A stretch of 64,000 nucleotides of DNA from Octopus vulgaris (taxonomy: Eukaryota), in NCBI GenBank assembly GCA_951406725.2, contig OX597831.1, positions 41,726,001 through 41,790,000 on the forward strand, read 5' to 3'. Below are positions 17,356-30,222 of the stretch, in pieces. Under the pieces are notes generated by a model. The model saw only the letters and a list, made by a program, of their open reading frames with translations, did not search any database and was not told where the DNA came from. Numbering within the stretch: position 1 is the stretch's first letter; the number at the start of each line of letters is the position of its first letter. The translations under genes and the position numbers were made by a program.

Positions 17356-18140
17356 ACAAACCTCCTGACATTTTCCGTCGGTCAAATTCCTTCTGATGGC
17401 ATTGGTCAGCTAAAGGATCTGGTTGAAGACACTTACCTCACGTGTCGCGCAATAGAACAGAACCCAAAGCTATGTGGTTGGCAAGTGAGCTTTTTAAACA
17501 CACGACCATGCCTTCCTCTGTGCATGAAATATTCTTTCCTACTCTAGGCACAAGGCCCGAAATTTCGGAGGAGGAGGCCAGTCGATTAGATCGACCCCAG
17601 TACGTAACTGGTACTTAATTTATCGACCCCGAAATGATGAAAGGCAAAGTCGACCTCGGCGGAATTTGAACTCAGAACGTAACGGCAGACGAAATACCAA
17701 TTTCTTTATTACCCACAAGGGGCTAAACATAGAGGGGACAAACAAGGACAAACATAGGTATTAAGTCGATTACATCGACCCCTGTGCGTAACTGGTACTT
17801 AATTTATCGACCCCGAAAGGATGAAAGGCAAAGTCGACCTCGGCGGAATTTGAACTCAGAACGTAACGGCAGACGAAATACTGCTAAGCATTTCGCCCGG
17901 CGTGCTAACGTTTCTGCCAGGTCGCCGTCTTTGTGTACATGAAATATTAGCAGGAGGCTGATTTCGATATAAATCAGAAGAATTCCAATTTAAAACATAA
18001 ATTCTCCCGCTAAAACTCACAACAATTGACTGCATTTGTTATTGATTAAATTATGCAATGAATACAATAATTGCTAAACTTTACACTGGATTCCTTCTTT
18101 GAATTTTTTCAGCATTAAGAAAACTGGCAGCGGAAACTAA
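16215..18140 (+). CDS. Gene B secreted Cys-rich prepropeptide, 76 aa; exons 16215-16302, 17135-17249, 18113-18140; MKLVLLLFALFPVVFAASLYDVEIEKR|FSINDLIQHLQKQDLSEGCEKVCHKEVPLFPDFFCKAACQFIKKTGSGN*
   Basis: AG-AC-ATG start context shared with paralogs; canonical GT-AG junctions; 88+115+28 nt open frame; hydrophobic signal peptide, KR, four Cys. Confidence 0.92.
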
Positions 18141-19337
18141 CCGGAAAAATATCACTCAAAATCCTGTTTTCCGTAATATGTAACGTAAACTGTATTACAC
18201 AAAAAAGTGTATTTTATTTATTTAATTATGTATTGATTTATTTATTTATTACCTTGTGTTTTAAATTGTAATAAATTGCTTGTCTCTTGTTGATTAGTCA
18301 GTTTATTTTTCTATTTTTATTTTCATTTCATTTCTCTTTTTTTTTTTTTGTTACTTCCCTGAATGTCAGTCAATTGAATGCATGACTGACTTATCGAGTG
18401 GATTTTTGATTGAGTCTCCAACTCGTTCCAACGGCGGAAACATGACATCGATTCAGCTTCATTTCCACTCTAAGTGGATAAGGGGGAATTATTTTCAAAG
18501 GAAATTTTGATTCCTCAATCTCAGCTAATCATTCATATCCATGAATGATGATTAGACTGAACCCATTAATCAGATACTAATTTTTTCGCTCAACCTTGCA
18601 GGAATTAAAATGTAAAGTCGACTTGGGCCGGATTCGAACTTACAATATTAATGATCGTAAAATAATTACGACCAGCAGTTGATGTAGCAAAATCTTGATC
18701 GAGCAGACCTATGATCAGAAACATTCCGAGGGAAACCACTGCCACTTTTCAGGAGTTATCATGGACTACATTGTCTAATGTGCTCCTCGGAATGGTTACA
18801 TTCCTGTTATGATGTCATTCATCGGATGTTCCTTCATTTTCCGTCCACAGAGCTATAGCATACAGAGATAAAGTGCTTACATCAACTCACATATATATAT
18901 ATTATATTAAATTAGAGATAAAACCACAATTAAGCAAATCATACAATGAAAAACTTAAGCCAATACATAAGATTAATTAATTTATATTATTTTAAATATA
19001 TATCAAAATTATTAAAAAAGATAATTAGTATAACACTACGATCGTTTCATGGCTGTCCAATTTTTAAAATTTCGAATGACTGTAACTCGAAATTTTAAGA
19101 ATTGGACAGTCATGAAACGATCGTAGTGTTATACTAATTATCTTTTTTTAATAATTTTGATATATATTTAAAATAATATAAATTAATTAATCTTATGTAT
19201 TGGCTTAAGTTTTTCCTTGTATGATTTGCCTAATAGTGGTTTTATCTCTAATTTAATATAATATAATATTTTACTATAAAATTGGATTCAATCCTAAATC
19301 TGATTTTTCCCTGTAAGTTTGGATTTATTCCCTAATA

Positions 19338-19415
<78 letters not shown>

Positions 19416-19709
19416 ATAACAATAATCCTTGGATGGAATTTATAAGCAACCAATGTATCGCTATGCATGTTTCAACAGACCACTTGTTTCTTAAGGTCAC
19501 AGTCTGTATTCCTGAGATGATTGCAGTGTAGTCCGTTGAACATCTTCATGGGTTAATTTCTTAAGGCGGTATAAACATTAATAGACGTTTGCCAGAGCGA
19601 TGTCTATCGATGCAATCCCAAAACTAGTTCACCAAACAGCATCGTTAAAATTGTGGCCAGGATAATAGATTAGAAGCTTTATCTGCATAATCAAAACGTT
19701 TCCCGTAAA

Positions 19710-19778
<69 letters not shown>

Positions 19779-19959
19779 AATATTAGGGAATAAATCCAAA
19801 TTTACAGGGAAAAATCAGATTTAGGATTGAATCCAATTTTATAGTAAAATATTATATAATATTAATTAGAGACAAAACCACTATTTTGCAAATCAAACAA
19901 AGAAAGACTTAATCCAATACAGAAAAAAATTTAATATAAATTAAATAAAATTAAATTTG

Positions 19960-20005
19960 CCACTACAATTGTTTCGTGTCTCTTCAAAGGACATTCATCA
20001 GGTGG
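19960..20005 (-). ncRNA. Minimal type-I hammerhead ribozyme
   Basis: Minus strand: CCAC CUGAUGA A UGUC(loop)GACA C GAAA CAAUUG UA GUGG; intact core, stem I CCAC/GUGG, palindromic stem III. Confidence 0.8.
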
Positions 20006-21146
20006 ATTTCAGATCTAAAAATAATCAATATTTTTAAGATATAAATTTAAAATGACTAAAACTATAAATAATATAAATTTATCAATGAAAAAAATATATA
20101 TATATAATCTATATATAATCTATATATAATCAAGAACTAAAATAACCTCTATAAACAATTGAATATAAAGAAACCTAGTATTAAAGTTCTCATATTTAAA
20201 GATGAAGAATCTACTTTCAAAAAACAAAAAACAAAAAATAAAAATAAAATATATATACACACATGCTCATACACATATATCTAAGTATATATAAACATAT
20301 CTAAATACACACATAAACAATGCACACCCACACACACTCACACACAATCACTCACATACAACCGCACTCCTACCGCCACTCCAACACAGAGGAGTAACAA
20401 ATTCAGCAGATACATACACTCAGCCACATACATACAGTAACATTCCCTACTCAGCAATATACTATTAAAAACCCCAACACCACTCTAAAACAAATTTATG
20501 AATGTGAATAATAACTTATATAGAATTATTCTATTATTAAACATAAGCCATTTAAAAACGAACCTATCTATTTATCAAAGTATGTCTAAATTATTTAATA
20601 ATTAATAACAAAGAAAAGTACGATAAATAGAACACTACATAAACAACAAGATTAACATAAGGAGGTAAAAATACATACCTTCTATTCAATTTTAAGTTAT
20701 GAAGTGAATTTAAAAGTCTAACTGTTACAGCGTTTACAAAATTACGTTACCATAGAAATAGAACATATTTTTAATAAATTCTTTGCGCGTGATGAACGAA
20801 CGTTATTTTAAAGATTATGAATGGAATAGAATGGAATAATATGTTAATCAACGTAAATAGACTGAATTTACTACAAAATTCTTTAATAAAACAATCATGA
20901 TAAACGAAACCCATACATACATATATAATGATAAAACCTCTCTTTACCATACACAATAACAAACCTATATAGCAATCCCCCTAATCTATACATTCACACA
21001 CAAATACACACACATATAACACACACCCACAAACATATACATATACCCACTCACACATACATATACATACGTACAATACTCGATATATACACCAATATAT
21101 TCACACCCACACCCATTCAGATAAATAAATAAATATATATACATCC

Positions 21147-21199
<53 letters not shown>

Positions 21200-21358
21200 A
21201 ATTAAGGACTGAGCACGAAAAGGTGGTCAGTCAACATGCTAGATATAGACGTCAAATCGCCATTCTCCACAAAGATTTTGTTCTCAAATAAAAATAAAAT
21301 TCAGCACGACCTAAAGCAATGGATAAGGCAAAAGAAATATACGAAATGGAATAATCAC

Positions 21359-21419
21359 CTACGTACCGAGCGGTTTCAGCATTAATATCACAAGAATATC
21401 TGTAGCTTCGTCAGCGTAG
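21359..21419 (-). ncRNA. Type-I hammerhead ribozyme (inverted copy of 21566-21627)
   Basis: Reverse complement gives CUACG CUGACGA AGC...GCU GAAA CCGCUCGG UA CGUAG. Confidence 0.75.
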
Positions 21420-21565
21420 TTTGTTATGAGCATAATATGCTGTACTCAGCGCGCCAAAAGTAGAGGCATTTGAAAGATACATCCGAACGTAATAGGTTGT
21501 ACTTTTTGCATACGAGACTCCGGTACCGTTTTTCATCTAGTACAGCATATTATGCTCATAACAAA

Positions 21566-21627
21566 CTACGCTGACGAAGCTACAGATATCCTTGTAATAT
21601 TAATAGCTGAAACCGCTCGGTACGTAG
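21566..21627 (+). ncRNA. Type-I hammerhead ribozyme
   Basis: CTACG CTGACGA AGCTA...TAGCT GAAA CCGCTCGG TA CGTAG: core CUGANGA/GAAA/GUA with stems I, II and III. Confidence 0.85.
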
Positions 21628-21879
21628 GTGATTATTCCATTTCGTATATTTCTTTTGCCTTATCCATTGCTTTAGGTCGTGCTGAATTTTATTTTTATTT
21701 GAGAACAAAATCTTTGTGGAGAATGGCGATTTGACGTCTATATCTAGCATGTTGACTGACCACCTTTTCGTGCTCAGTCCTTAATTGGTATATATAAATA
21801 TTTTAATCTTCGGATTCTTTTTAATGTGCTAGACCACTGGTTTTAATTGACTAATATCAATTTTTACCCTTAATTTTTA

Positions 21880-21941
<62 letters not shown>

Positions 21942-22733
21942 TCACACATATCATCAAATACACATATATATAAAAATACACACATTCACAAAAAAATAAA
22001 TAAATAAATATTTATTTTATGTATATATGAGTGTATACACGCAAACGGGTGCAATCTCACGCACATTCAAACATGCATGTATACAAGTGCATACACAAGC
22101 ACACGCATTTACATAGCACTCATGCACTCCCGCATCTACACATGCACTTGTACACGCGCACACATGCACACACACCCATGCACATGCATATTCACGGACA
22201 CCCTCCTAAACATCTAAATATACGTATATATGGCTACAAACAATACCCAAATAAAAAATAAAACTACCATGATCAACATACCAAGTATAATACATGGGGA
22301 CTGAATTTACTAAAAATTCTTTAATAAAATAATCATGATAAACGAAACCCATACATACAAATATAATGATAAAGCCCCCTTTACCAAATACACAATACAC
22401 CCAAATACACACACATATTTACACACACCCACAAACATATACATATACACACTCACACATACATATACATACGTACTATACTCGATATATACACCAATAT
22501 ATTCACCCCACACCCATATAGATTAATAAATAAATACATATACATCCATAAATATATATATATATATATATATATACATTCACATATATCATCACATACA
22601 CATATATATAAAATACACACATTAAAAAAAATTAATAAATAAATAAATATTATATTATATTATATTAAATTTTTTTATGTATTGGATTAAGTCTTTCTTT
22701 GTTTGATTTGCAAAATAGTGGTTTTGTCTCTAA

Positions 22734-22784
<51 letters not shown>

Positions 22785-23099
22785 TTTGTGTGTGTGTAGC
22801 GTATCGGCTAAACATTTATACGTATATACTACAATATTCTTTTCTGCTCAAGGCACAAGACAAGAATTTTTGGGGGAGGGGTCCAGTCGATTAGATCAAC
22901 CCCAGTAAGCAACTGGTACTTAATTTATCGACCCCGGAAGGACGAAAGGCAAAGTCGACCTCGGCGAATATTGCTTAGTTTACGTTCCACAGTTCGGCAA
23001 AAGGAAACCAACGAAATAAATACCACACATAAAAATATATATACTGTGTCGATTTGAATGACTAAACCCTCGAAAGCGGTGTCACGGCATTGAAGCGAA

Positions 23100-25321
23100 G
23101 CGGTAACTGTTTGATACGAAGTCCTGAGAAAGGCTTTAATGCATTCTCGGATGGTGGTAAGAATCACGGGTGATGTAGCCCTGAAAAGTGCCTTTTTTTA
23201 TCCTTCTCACATCGGTAACAATTTGATAAGAAGTCCTGAAAAGTGCTGTAATGTGTCCTCAGGTGGTGTAACAATCGTATGTAAAGTGGCCCTGAAAAGG
23301 GCCTTTTTCTTTCGTTTACACCGAAAGCAACGGAATTGTTGCTGTGAAATGTGAAACTCCGTGAAAACAGACGACAAACCTAGGTTGGACAAAGGAAAGG
23401 AAACATGGTTGGGGAAAGTTAATAACATTGAAAGCATGACTACAGTAGCACTCACTTACCACATATCAGGTCTGCAAGGTTGATATGTGGTAAGTGTAGT
23501 GGAGGCACCGAGATTCACGGATTTGAAAGCAGTTGGTGCATGAAGTACCTACAACACCTCTCTGTAGACCACATTTTTTCGTTTTGCCATTAGGGGAAAG
23601 TACGAACAGATTTTGTTTGCTTCCAACTCAGGAGCATCCGACATATTTCTGGCCACGAGAGAAACATAACTCGCCTAAATGGAGGCCTGCCGTGGTAAGG
23701 GTTTGGCCGAGGGATTAATGACTGACATGGCGAAGCAAAGTCGAAAAGGAAACTGAAATCGGCGCCGCAGACTGGGAAATTGCTTACCTGATGGAATAAG
23801 AGGTATCCTAGACATGAACACATCCTCTCCCATGCCACATCTCGTGAGAATCGCGGCCTCAGTGACATGCGACAGCAGGTCTTTCACCTCTAACCGGATT
23901 CCATTGCAGAGCCTTGGTGGTTCCAGACTCCTCAGCAGCATCACTGGAGCTCCAAGTTTGAGACACGATATATGAGGTGGCAGACCGGAGGGGTTCAAGG
24001 GCTTGATGAATTCTATTGGAAAATTGACAACCTCTTCTGGATCCACAACAGTGTCAACGGGCTTGTAGGTATGTAAACTTCCTGGAAGGCACTGCAACAA
24101 ATCTTCAATGAGTTTCGTCACAAAGTTGTTTTTCGGAGCTACTATGGCCCTATCACTCAACCAACTTGGGCTTTTGTAAATTATCGGTAGATTGGGAAAT
24201 GCAGCAGCCGTGAGATCATCAACAGTGTGAACAATACTTGTGAGACTGGCATCTCTCCAGCTGCATCCAAAGATGCATTGCCGTTTGGAAAAATCGGTTG
24301 ATGAGAGATCGCCGAACAGCTGAGCTCTCATGCTGGATTTAAGGCATAAAATTCTTACCTGCTGCCATAGAGAAGACTTAATGCAAGTTCACACAGCGTC
24401 CGCCCTGGTCCTTTGGGAATAACTGGGAGAGTTTGCCTAAAATCGCCAGATAGTAGGGTATATACTCCCCCTATTGGACTGTGACCTCGAGGGATCCTTA
24501 TTGGCCAGTGTTCATTCATCCCACACAATGAGCTGAAGTGGAGGGGCATCATGGCCGTAGGCGATAATAGGAGGTGGGGTTAAGTAAACACTAATGTACA
24601 CAGATCAAATCAGAAAGGTAAAACTGCCCAACAATCCAATTCTTGGCATGTGTATAAATGGCAGAAGCTGTAAGCAAAAACCAAGTTCAATCCAGTAAAT
24701 TGCAAATTTAATGCGAATAAATTTGACAAAACATTAGTTTAAAACAGTCAGTTAAGTATGGTTAATATTCTTGCTAAATTTGGAGCGAATTGGTTTTGAA
24801 ACTGCGGAAGTTATTGGCAAAACGCCGAATTTTACGCAGTTATTCACAGACTTTTCCCTTTCAACGCGGATTGACTTGACAAAACATAAGTTTAAAACTA
24901 TTCTTAAATCATGAGTAAAGTTTGTGTCACATTTGGAGGGAATTAGTTGTAAACTGCGGAAGTTATTGGCGAAAAAACCCGATTTTTACGAGGTTATTCG
25001 CGGACTTTACACAATGAACGAAGATGACCTTGACAAACATTTTCAGAAAAAATTTCTTATGTCATGAATAATGTTTGTGACAAATTTGGAGGAAATCGCT
25101 CGAAAAAACAGGGAGTAATGGGCAAAAAGCTGGTTTTCTGAACAGTTATTTCCAGTTTTTTATTATACGCAGGATGGGGTCTGAAAAATATAAAGTAGGT
25201 CGTGACCACCCTTGGAGCATAAGCTAACAGTATGTCAAGCATGAGCGAAATCGGTTGAAAAATGTGGAAATGCATAACCACCACACACACACACATACAT
25301 CTTCTGTTTTATATATAGAGA
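23100..25321 (-). mobile_element. Helitron fragment with PIF1-like helicase pseudogene
   Basis: LSGDFRQTLPVIP, NPSGLPPH..LKLGAPVMLLRSLEPPRLCNG.RL, RFQFPFRLCFAMSVIN; 5' end A|TCTCTATATATAAA at 25321; 3' CTRR end not found. Confidence 0.88.
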
Positions 25322-25394
25322 TGTATTACGCTAGGTGGTATTTTGTGCAAGGTGCCAGTAAAATTGTCATGATGGCCACAGGTATTTGAATTTC

Positions 25395-25480
<86 letters not shown>

Positions 25481-27261
25481 CCTTGTATGCATGCATGTAT
25501 GTACCTAAATTCTAGTTTGATAATTAGAACATTTCTAATATCCACGTTAAATATTTAACGCAAATTTTCAAACCGCATTCATGCGATTTAGTTGATAACT
25601 GGAAGTTCAATCAGAGAGGATTTGAACTTGAAAACTCTAGTATACAGACGCCTATACAATACATGGCGTAATAGAATTATTTGCCCTTTAAAACACTGGA
25701 TTTTCCTTCGCAAGAAAATGTAGAATCATGTCTATGTATCTATTGATTCTTTCACCACAATTTTGTTAAGTGCGATGAGGTTACCATTTCAAAATACAAA
25801 AAAGATAATGTAGGATACAATCCTGTTATCTTTATTCCTTTCGGTCTCCATACAAATGTACCGAACGAGAACAATAGATTGACAGAACTGTGAGAAGAAC
25901 AGGCAATATATCTTCTGTTATCATCTCTGGTTCATTGCATAGTGACATGAATCAGAATGATGGTTTAGCCCAAATCGACAGCTTTTTTTTTTTAATAACC
26001 ATCGTTGGCGTGGAGAAGAGATACATGTGCGTATAATTAAGATCCAGTCATATAGAAAATATCTTGCCATGGTCAGCTGATATATAATGCATGAGGTGCA
26101 TTGTTAACTTCGACTGTAGAAGACTTATACGATATGTGTAAAAAAAAAAAACAAAGATAAATCGCTCACTGCTGAATTGCTTTATCAGAGGTTATCTTAT
26201 CCTAGATTATCTCGTCGATTCGATGAATATGGAATAAACAAGTCAAAGCTGCACGAAGTCGTTCGCCACGAGAATTATGAAGAAAGTTTGAAAGCGTTTT
26301 GTGTTGGTGTCTTGGTTTAATGAACAAACTGCACGATCAATGTTATTATAATAGGTATGTTTTGTGCAGAACCAAACCATTATCTCATCCTTCACGCATG
26401 TATTGGTCCGATGCAACGAATGCAACGAATCCAGTACTTATCAAGAAGCAGGATTTATATGGAGAGACCTTTTCTTTGATGGGGAGCTAAAGAGCTAACA
26501 GTCCCCAGTCCATTGTGATGTTCTTGAGAAAATTTCGTGACATACTAAATAATCTGCGACCCTAGCAAGTTCTCTTCCGATGATTTGTAGACCTGGGAAC
26601 AAGGGTATCTAACAGGGACCAAGGGTGACTTTCGTTAATAGGGTTGCTTTATCAGAGGTTATCTTAACCTAGACTATCTTGTCGATTCGATGAATGTGGA
26701 ATGAACAAGTCTCTTCTCTAATCCTTAGAACCTCAATCCAGAGACACACTCACGGAGGAAGTTTAAAATCATGTCCAGTGCCAGAGGTAATCAGTGGGAA
26801 ATGACAATCCCGTCCCATAACGTGTACATTTGACTGGTCATGATCTTAAATCCTTTCCGATCAGAGCTACCTATATACCACTTGATATATTGCTCAAAAG
26901 AACAGAATAGTTCCTTGCTTAAGTCCCTAAGACAGAACTCATGAAACACATCCATGGTGTGTTTCAATGGGTCATGTGTTGGTGGAAATACTCCAGTATG
27001 GTCGGATATTGGATGTGGATTACTCGAGTTTCTGGTCCATAGAAGAAACGAGGATAGCAACTGCCATGTCAGACCGGTTGACTTTGTCTCAGTTTTGAAA
27101 ATCTCAAATATCATTTGAAGGCACCTGGGGGCAACACCTACACACACAAAAAGCGAGAAACAAAAAGAAATCATTTAATAATTCTTTAAAGTTACATAAG
27201 TCAAAAGTCTATGACTCAGAACGTAATTATTGGTATCAAAATGGTTTGTGTATATTTTTCC

Positions 27262-27451
27262 CAAACACTTATCTTTAAATTGGTTATGTCAGCATTTTCC
27301 GCTTCTCTTCAATCGATTTCATTGGTTCCTGTCTTAGATGAGAACAACACAGATGTTAACCTGCCACGAATTACGATATATAATGCCTTCTTTCTTTTTG
27401 TTTTGTCACAGAATTCAGTAAGCTTTTGTTTTGTCAAAGAATTCAGTAAGT
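27262..27451 (+). promoter_or_regulatory. Putative promoter and non-coding exon 0 of gene C (duplicated donor)
   Basis: CTTATCT 27268-27274, CAGATG 27350-27355, TATATAA 27377-27383, donors GTAAG at 27418 and 27446. Confidence 0.65.
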
Positions 27452-27526
27452 TTTGTCTTTTAGTGCATTGTGATAAATTCTCTTATTTCTTCCCTAGACT
27501 CTAACAAAAAGTCTGAATACATTCTA

Positions 27527-27576
<50 letters not shown>

Positions 27577-27638
27577 ATATCTATCTATCTATCTATCTAT
27601 CTATTTGTCTGTCTGTCGTTTATTTTTATTTTTCAGAC

Positions 27639-28790
27639 ATGAAGGTCGTCCTTTTGTTTTTAGTGTTGCTTCCCATCGTCTTCTCTGCCAGCCTCTATGA
27701 TGAGGAAATCGACAAAAGACTGGATCGTAAGTAAAAACAAAGCCTTATGGAAATATTTTCTGTGTCACAATGATAGATATGATTGCAGTTATTGTTGTTG
27801 TTGTTGTTGTTTAACCCCAGGTGAAGAAATGTCGTGCGGATTTGCTTGTTACCGAAGGTTTTTGCAGCTGTGACAAAACAATGATCTAGAATTTTCTAGT
27901 TCGCTACGTTTACAATATCCCTTCCTACTATAGGATCAAGGTCGGAAATTGGAGGAATAGGTAGAGTCGATTGCATCGACCCCAATGATCAACTGGTACT
28001 TAGATTCAGCGACCCCGAAAGGACGAGACGCAAAGTCGGCGTCGGCTGAATTCGAAATCAGAACATAGCGAAATACAGCTAAGTCGACTACACCTTTCAT
28101 CCTTCCAGGGTGGAGAAAAAAACAAGTACAAGTTGAACAATACCTTCGATTTAATCAACTTTCCTTTACCTCAAAATACTGCTGGCCTTCTACCACAATG
28201 AGAAATAATTATTCTGCTTGTCACTGTGAAACTTGTAAGCCACCAATATTTCGTATTATCGATTGCAAATTCGATGACTTTACTTACTACTTCACTGGTG
28301 ACGCTGAAATAGGCACGAATATCATACAATCTCATAATTAAATACCATTACAATATCATACAATCTCATAAGATCTCCCACAGTAAATACCATTATGATT
28401 AACCCTGTCTTATAATCCCGCTCCTCCACATCACACAATAATGAATGACAAAGCAAGTTTAGCATTTAGTCGTGTCTTAAGGTCTGCTGCCTTTCAGTAA
28501 TTTAAATGTTGGGGGTTTTCGCTCAATTTTAGCCTCTCGGTTAGTATTCTTCCCATAATTGTGCTAATTCATTGTGTTTATGCTAAAATTCAGCATTGTA
28601 AACATGATTATTCAACATTTCTTCTAATTTATTATTGCAGTGAACTTTCTAATTCGGCATCTCCAAAAGCAGGATCTGAGTGAAGGTTGTGAGAAAGTTT
28701 GTCACAGAGATTTCCCCCTTATACCGGATTTCTTTTGCAAAGCAGCTTGTCGATTGTAAGTTACTACACAATTTACACAACTTACACAAC

Positions 28791-28840
<50 letters not shown>

Positions 28841-30222
28841 GGGAAGCTGCAGAAGAGGTAGAAACGCTACGAGGCAGCGAAACCCGGAGTTGAAGCCACG
28901 GTTCTGTCCAGGGAAGAAGGGACAGACACGGCACCGCTCTCTTTCGGTGACACCGCGTCGCCTGTGGCGGAACGGGAAGCGACGGCTAGCCCGTCCGCCG
29001 CGCCAGCGGCGACGCGACACGAGGTCAGCGGCGTAACCTGACCGGGTCCTCGCCTGCGAATACGAGGCCGGGGGTCGGAGGAGGCGAGAGAAAATGTGGT
29101 AACGAAAAGGGGTTCGATTGAGAGAGGACGAACCTACGAGCGTTGAAAGGCGGGCGTGAAGAGGCGGGCAGACGCGGGCGTCGAGGGAACGCGTCTGAAA
29201 GGCGGGCGGTGTGCGGCGGCGGCAGAGATTCGAGGACGCGCCAGCCGTGTAGAGTCGACCTTGCACCGGCAATAGGGGAGCTAACCGTTGGCAGAAAGGA
29301 GCGACGACAACATTCCTTCCAGGTGGTCACCTATGCCGTTCGGCCACGACCCTACATAAAGAGCGGTTGTGCGGCGGATGCCGGCGGGCGAGCGAGCGAA
29401 GGCGGGCAAACGCGTGCGTCAAAAGGGACTGGGAGAACGCAGCGGCGTCTGAAAGGCGGACGTCCGGAGGCGGACGTCCGGAGGCGGGCGAAGGCGGGCG
29501 AAGGCGGGCGAAGGCGGACGAAGGCGCGCGCGCGCACACACACACACATACACACACACACAATACAAACCTCCTGACATTTTCCGTCGGTCAAATTCCT
29601 TCTGATGGCATTGGTCAGCTAAAGGATCTGGTTGAAGACACTTACCTCACGTGTCGCGCAATAGAACACAACCCGAAGCTACGTGGTTGCTGAGTAGGCT
29701 TTTTAACCACACGACCATGCCTTTCTATGTGAATGAAACATTGTTTTCTACTCAAGACACAAGGCCCGAAATTTTTGAGGAGGGGGCCAGTCGATTACAT
29801 CGCTCCCAGTTCGCTACCGGAACTTAATTTATCGACCCTGAAAGGATGAAAGGCATAGTCGACCTCCGCGGAATTGGAACTCAAAACGTAAAGACAAACG
29901 AAATACCGCTACGCATTTCGCCGGCTTTGCTAACGTTTCTTATTTCTTTATTGCCCACAAGGGGCTAAACATACAGGGCACAAACAAGGACAGGCAAAGG
30001 GATTAAGTCGATTACATCGACCCCAGTGTGTAACTGGCACTTTTAACGGGAGACTGATTTTGAGGTAAATAAGAAAAATTCCAATTTAAAGCATAAATTC
30101 TCCCGCCAAACCTCACAACAATTCGGTAAATTATGCTATGAATATAATAATTGCTAAACTTTACACTGGATTCTTTCTTTGATTTTTTTTTCAGTATAAG
30201 GGCTACTGGCGGCGGGAAATAA
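27639..30222 (+). CDS. Gene C secreted Cys-rich prepropeptide, 76 aa; exons 27639-27726, 28641-28755, 30195-30222; MKVVLLFLVLLPIVFSASLYDEEIDKR|LDLNFLIRHLQKQDLSEGCEKVCHRDFPLIPDFFCKAACRFIRATGGGK*
   Basis: Same exon sizes and phases as paralogs; canonical splice sites; open frame. Confidence 0.92.
28839..29534. other. GC-rich insert within the (CA)n tract of gene C intron 2
   Basis: Flanked by (CA)n on both sides; absent from the homologous tracts in B and E; includes (GAAGGCGGGC)x3. Confidence 0.85.

Larger units (their letters stand above)
18901..22745. mobile_element. Nested Penelope-like element remnants (inverted and direct pseudo-LTRs in TA microsatellites)
   Basis: Palindrome 18901-19262; inverted pairs 19265-19340/19780-19860, 19858-19935/22665-22742 and 21190-21445/21539-21795; direct repeat 20860-21150/22300-22550; hammerhead motifs inside. 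Confidence 0.7.

Noticed and set aside
23675-24331. 218-aa PIF1-like ORF as a host helicase gene
   Set aside because: Intronless, frameshifted, truncated and linked to a Helitron 5' end.
26791-27174. 127-aa ORF repeated at 41530-41913
   Set aside because: Off-frame reading of the RTE relic, shared because of the recent duplication; not open in B, D or F.
29025-29693. Overlapping Arg/Gly/Ala-rich ORFs in the GC-rich insert
   Set aside because: Expected from stop-codon scarcity in GC-rich DNA; no recognisable domain.
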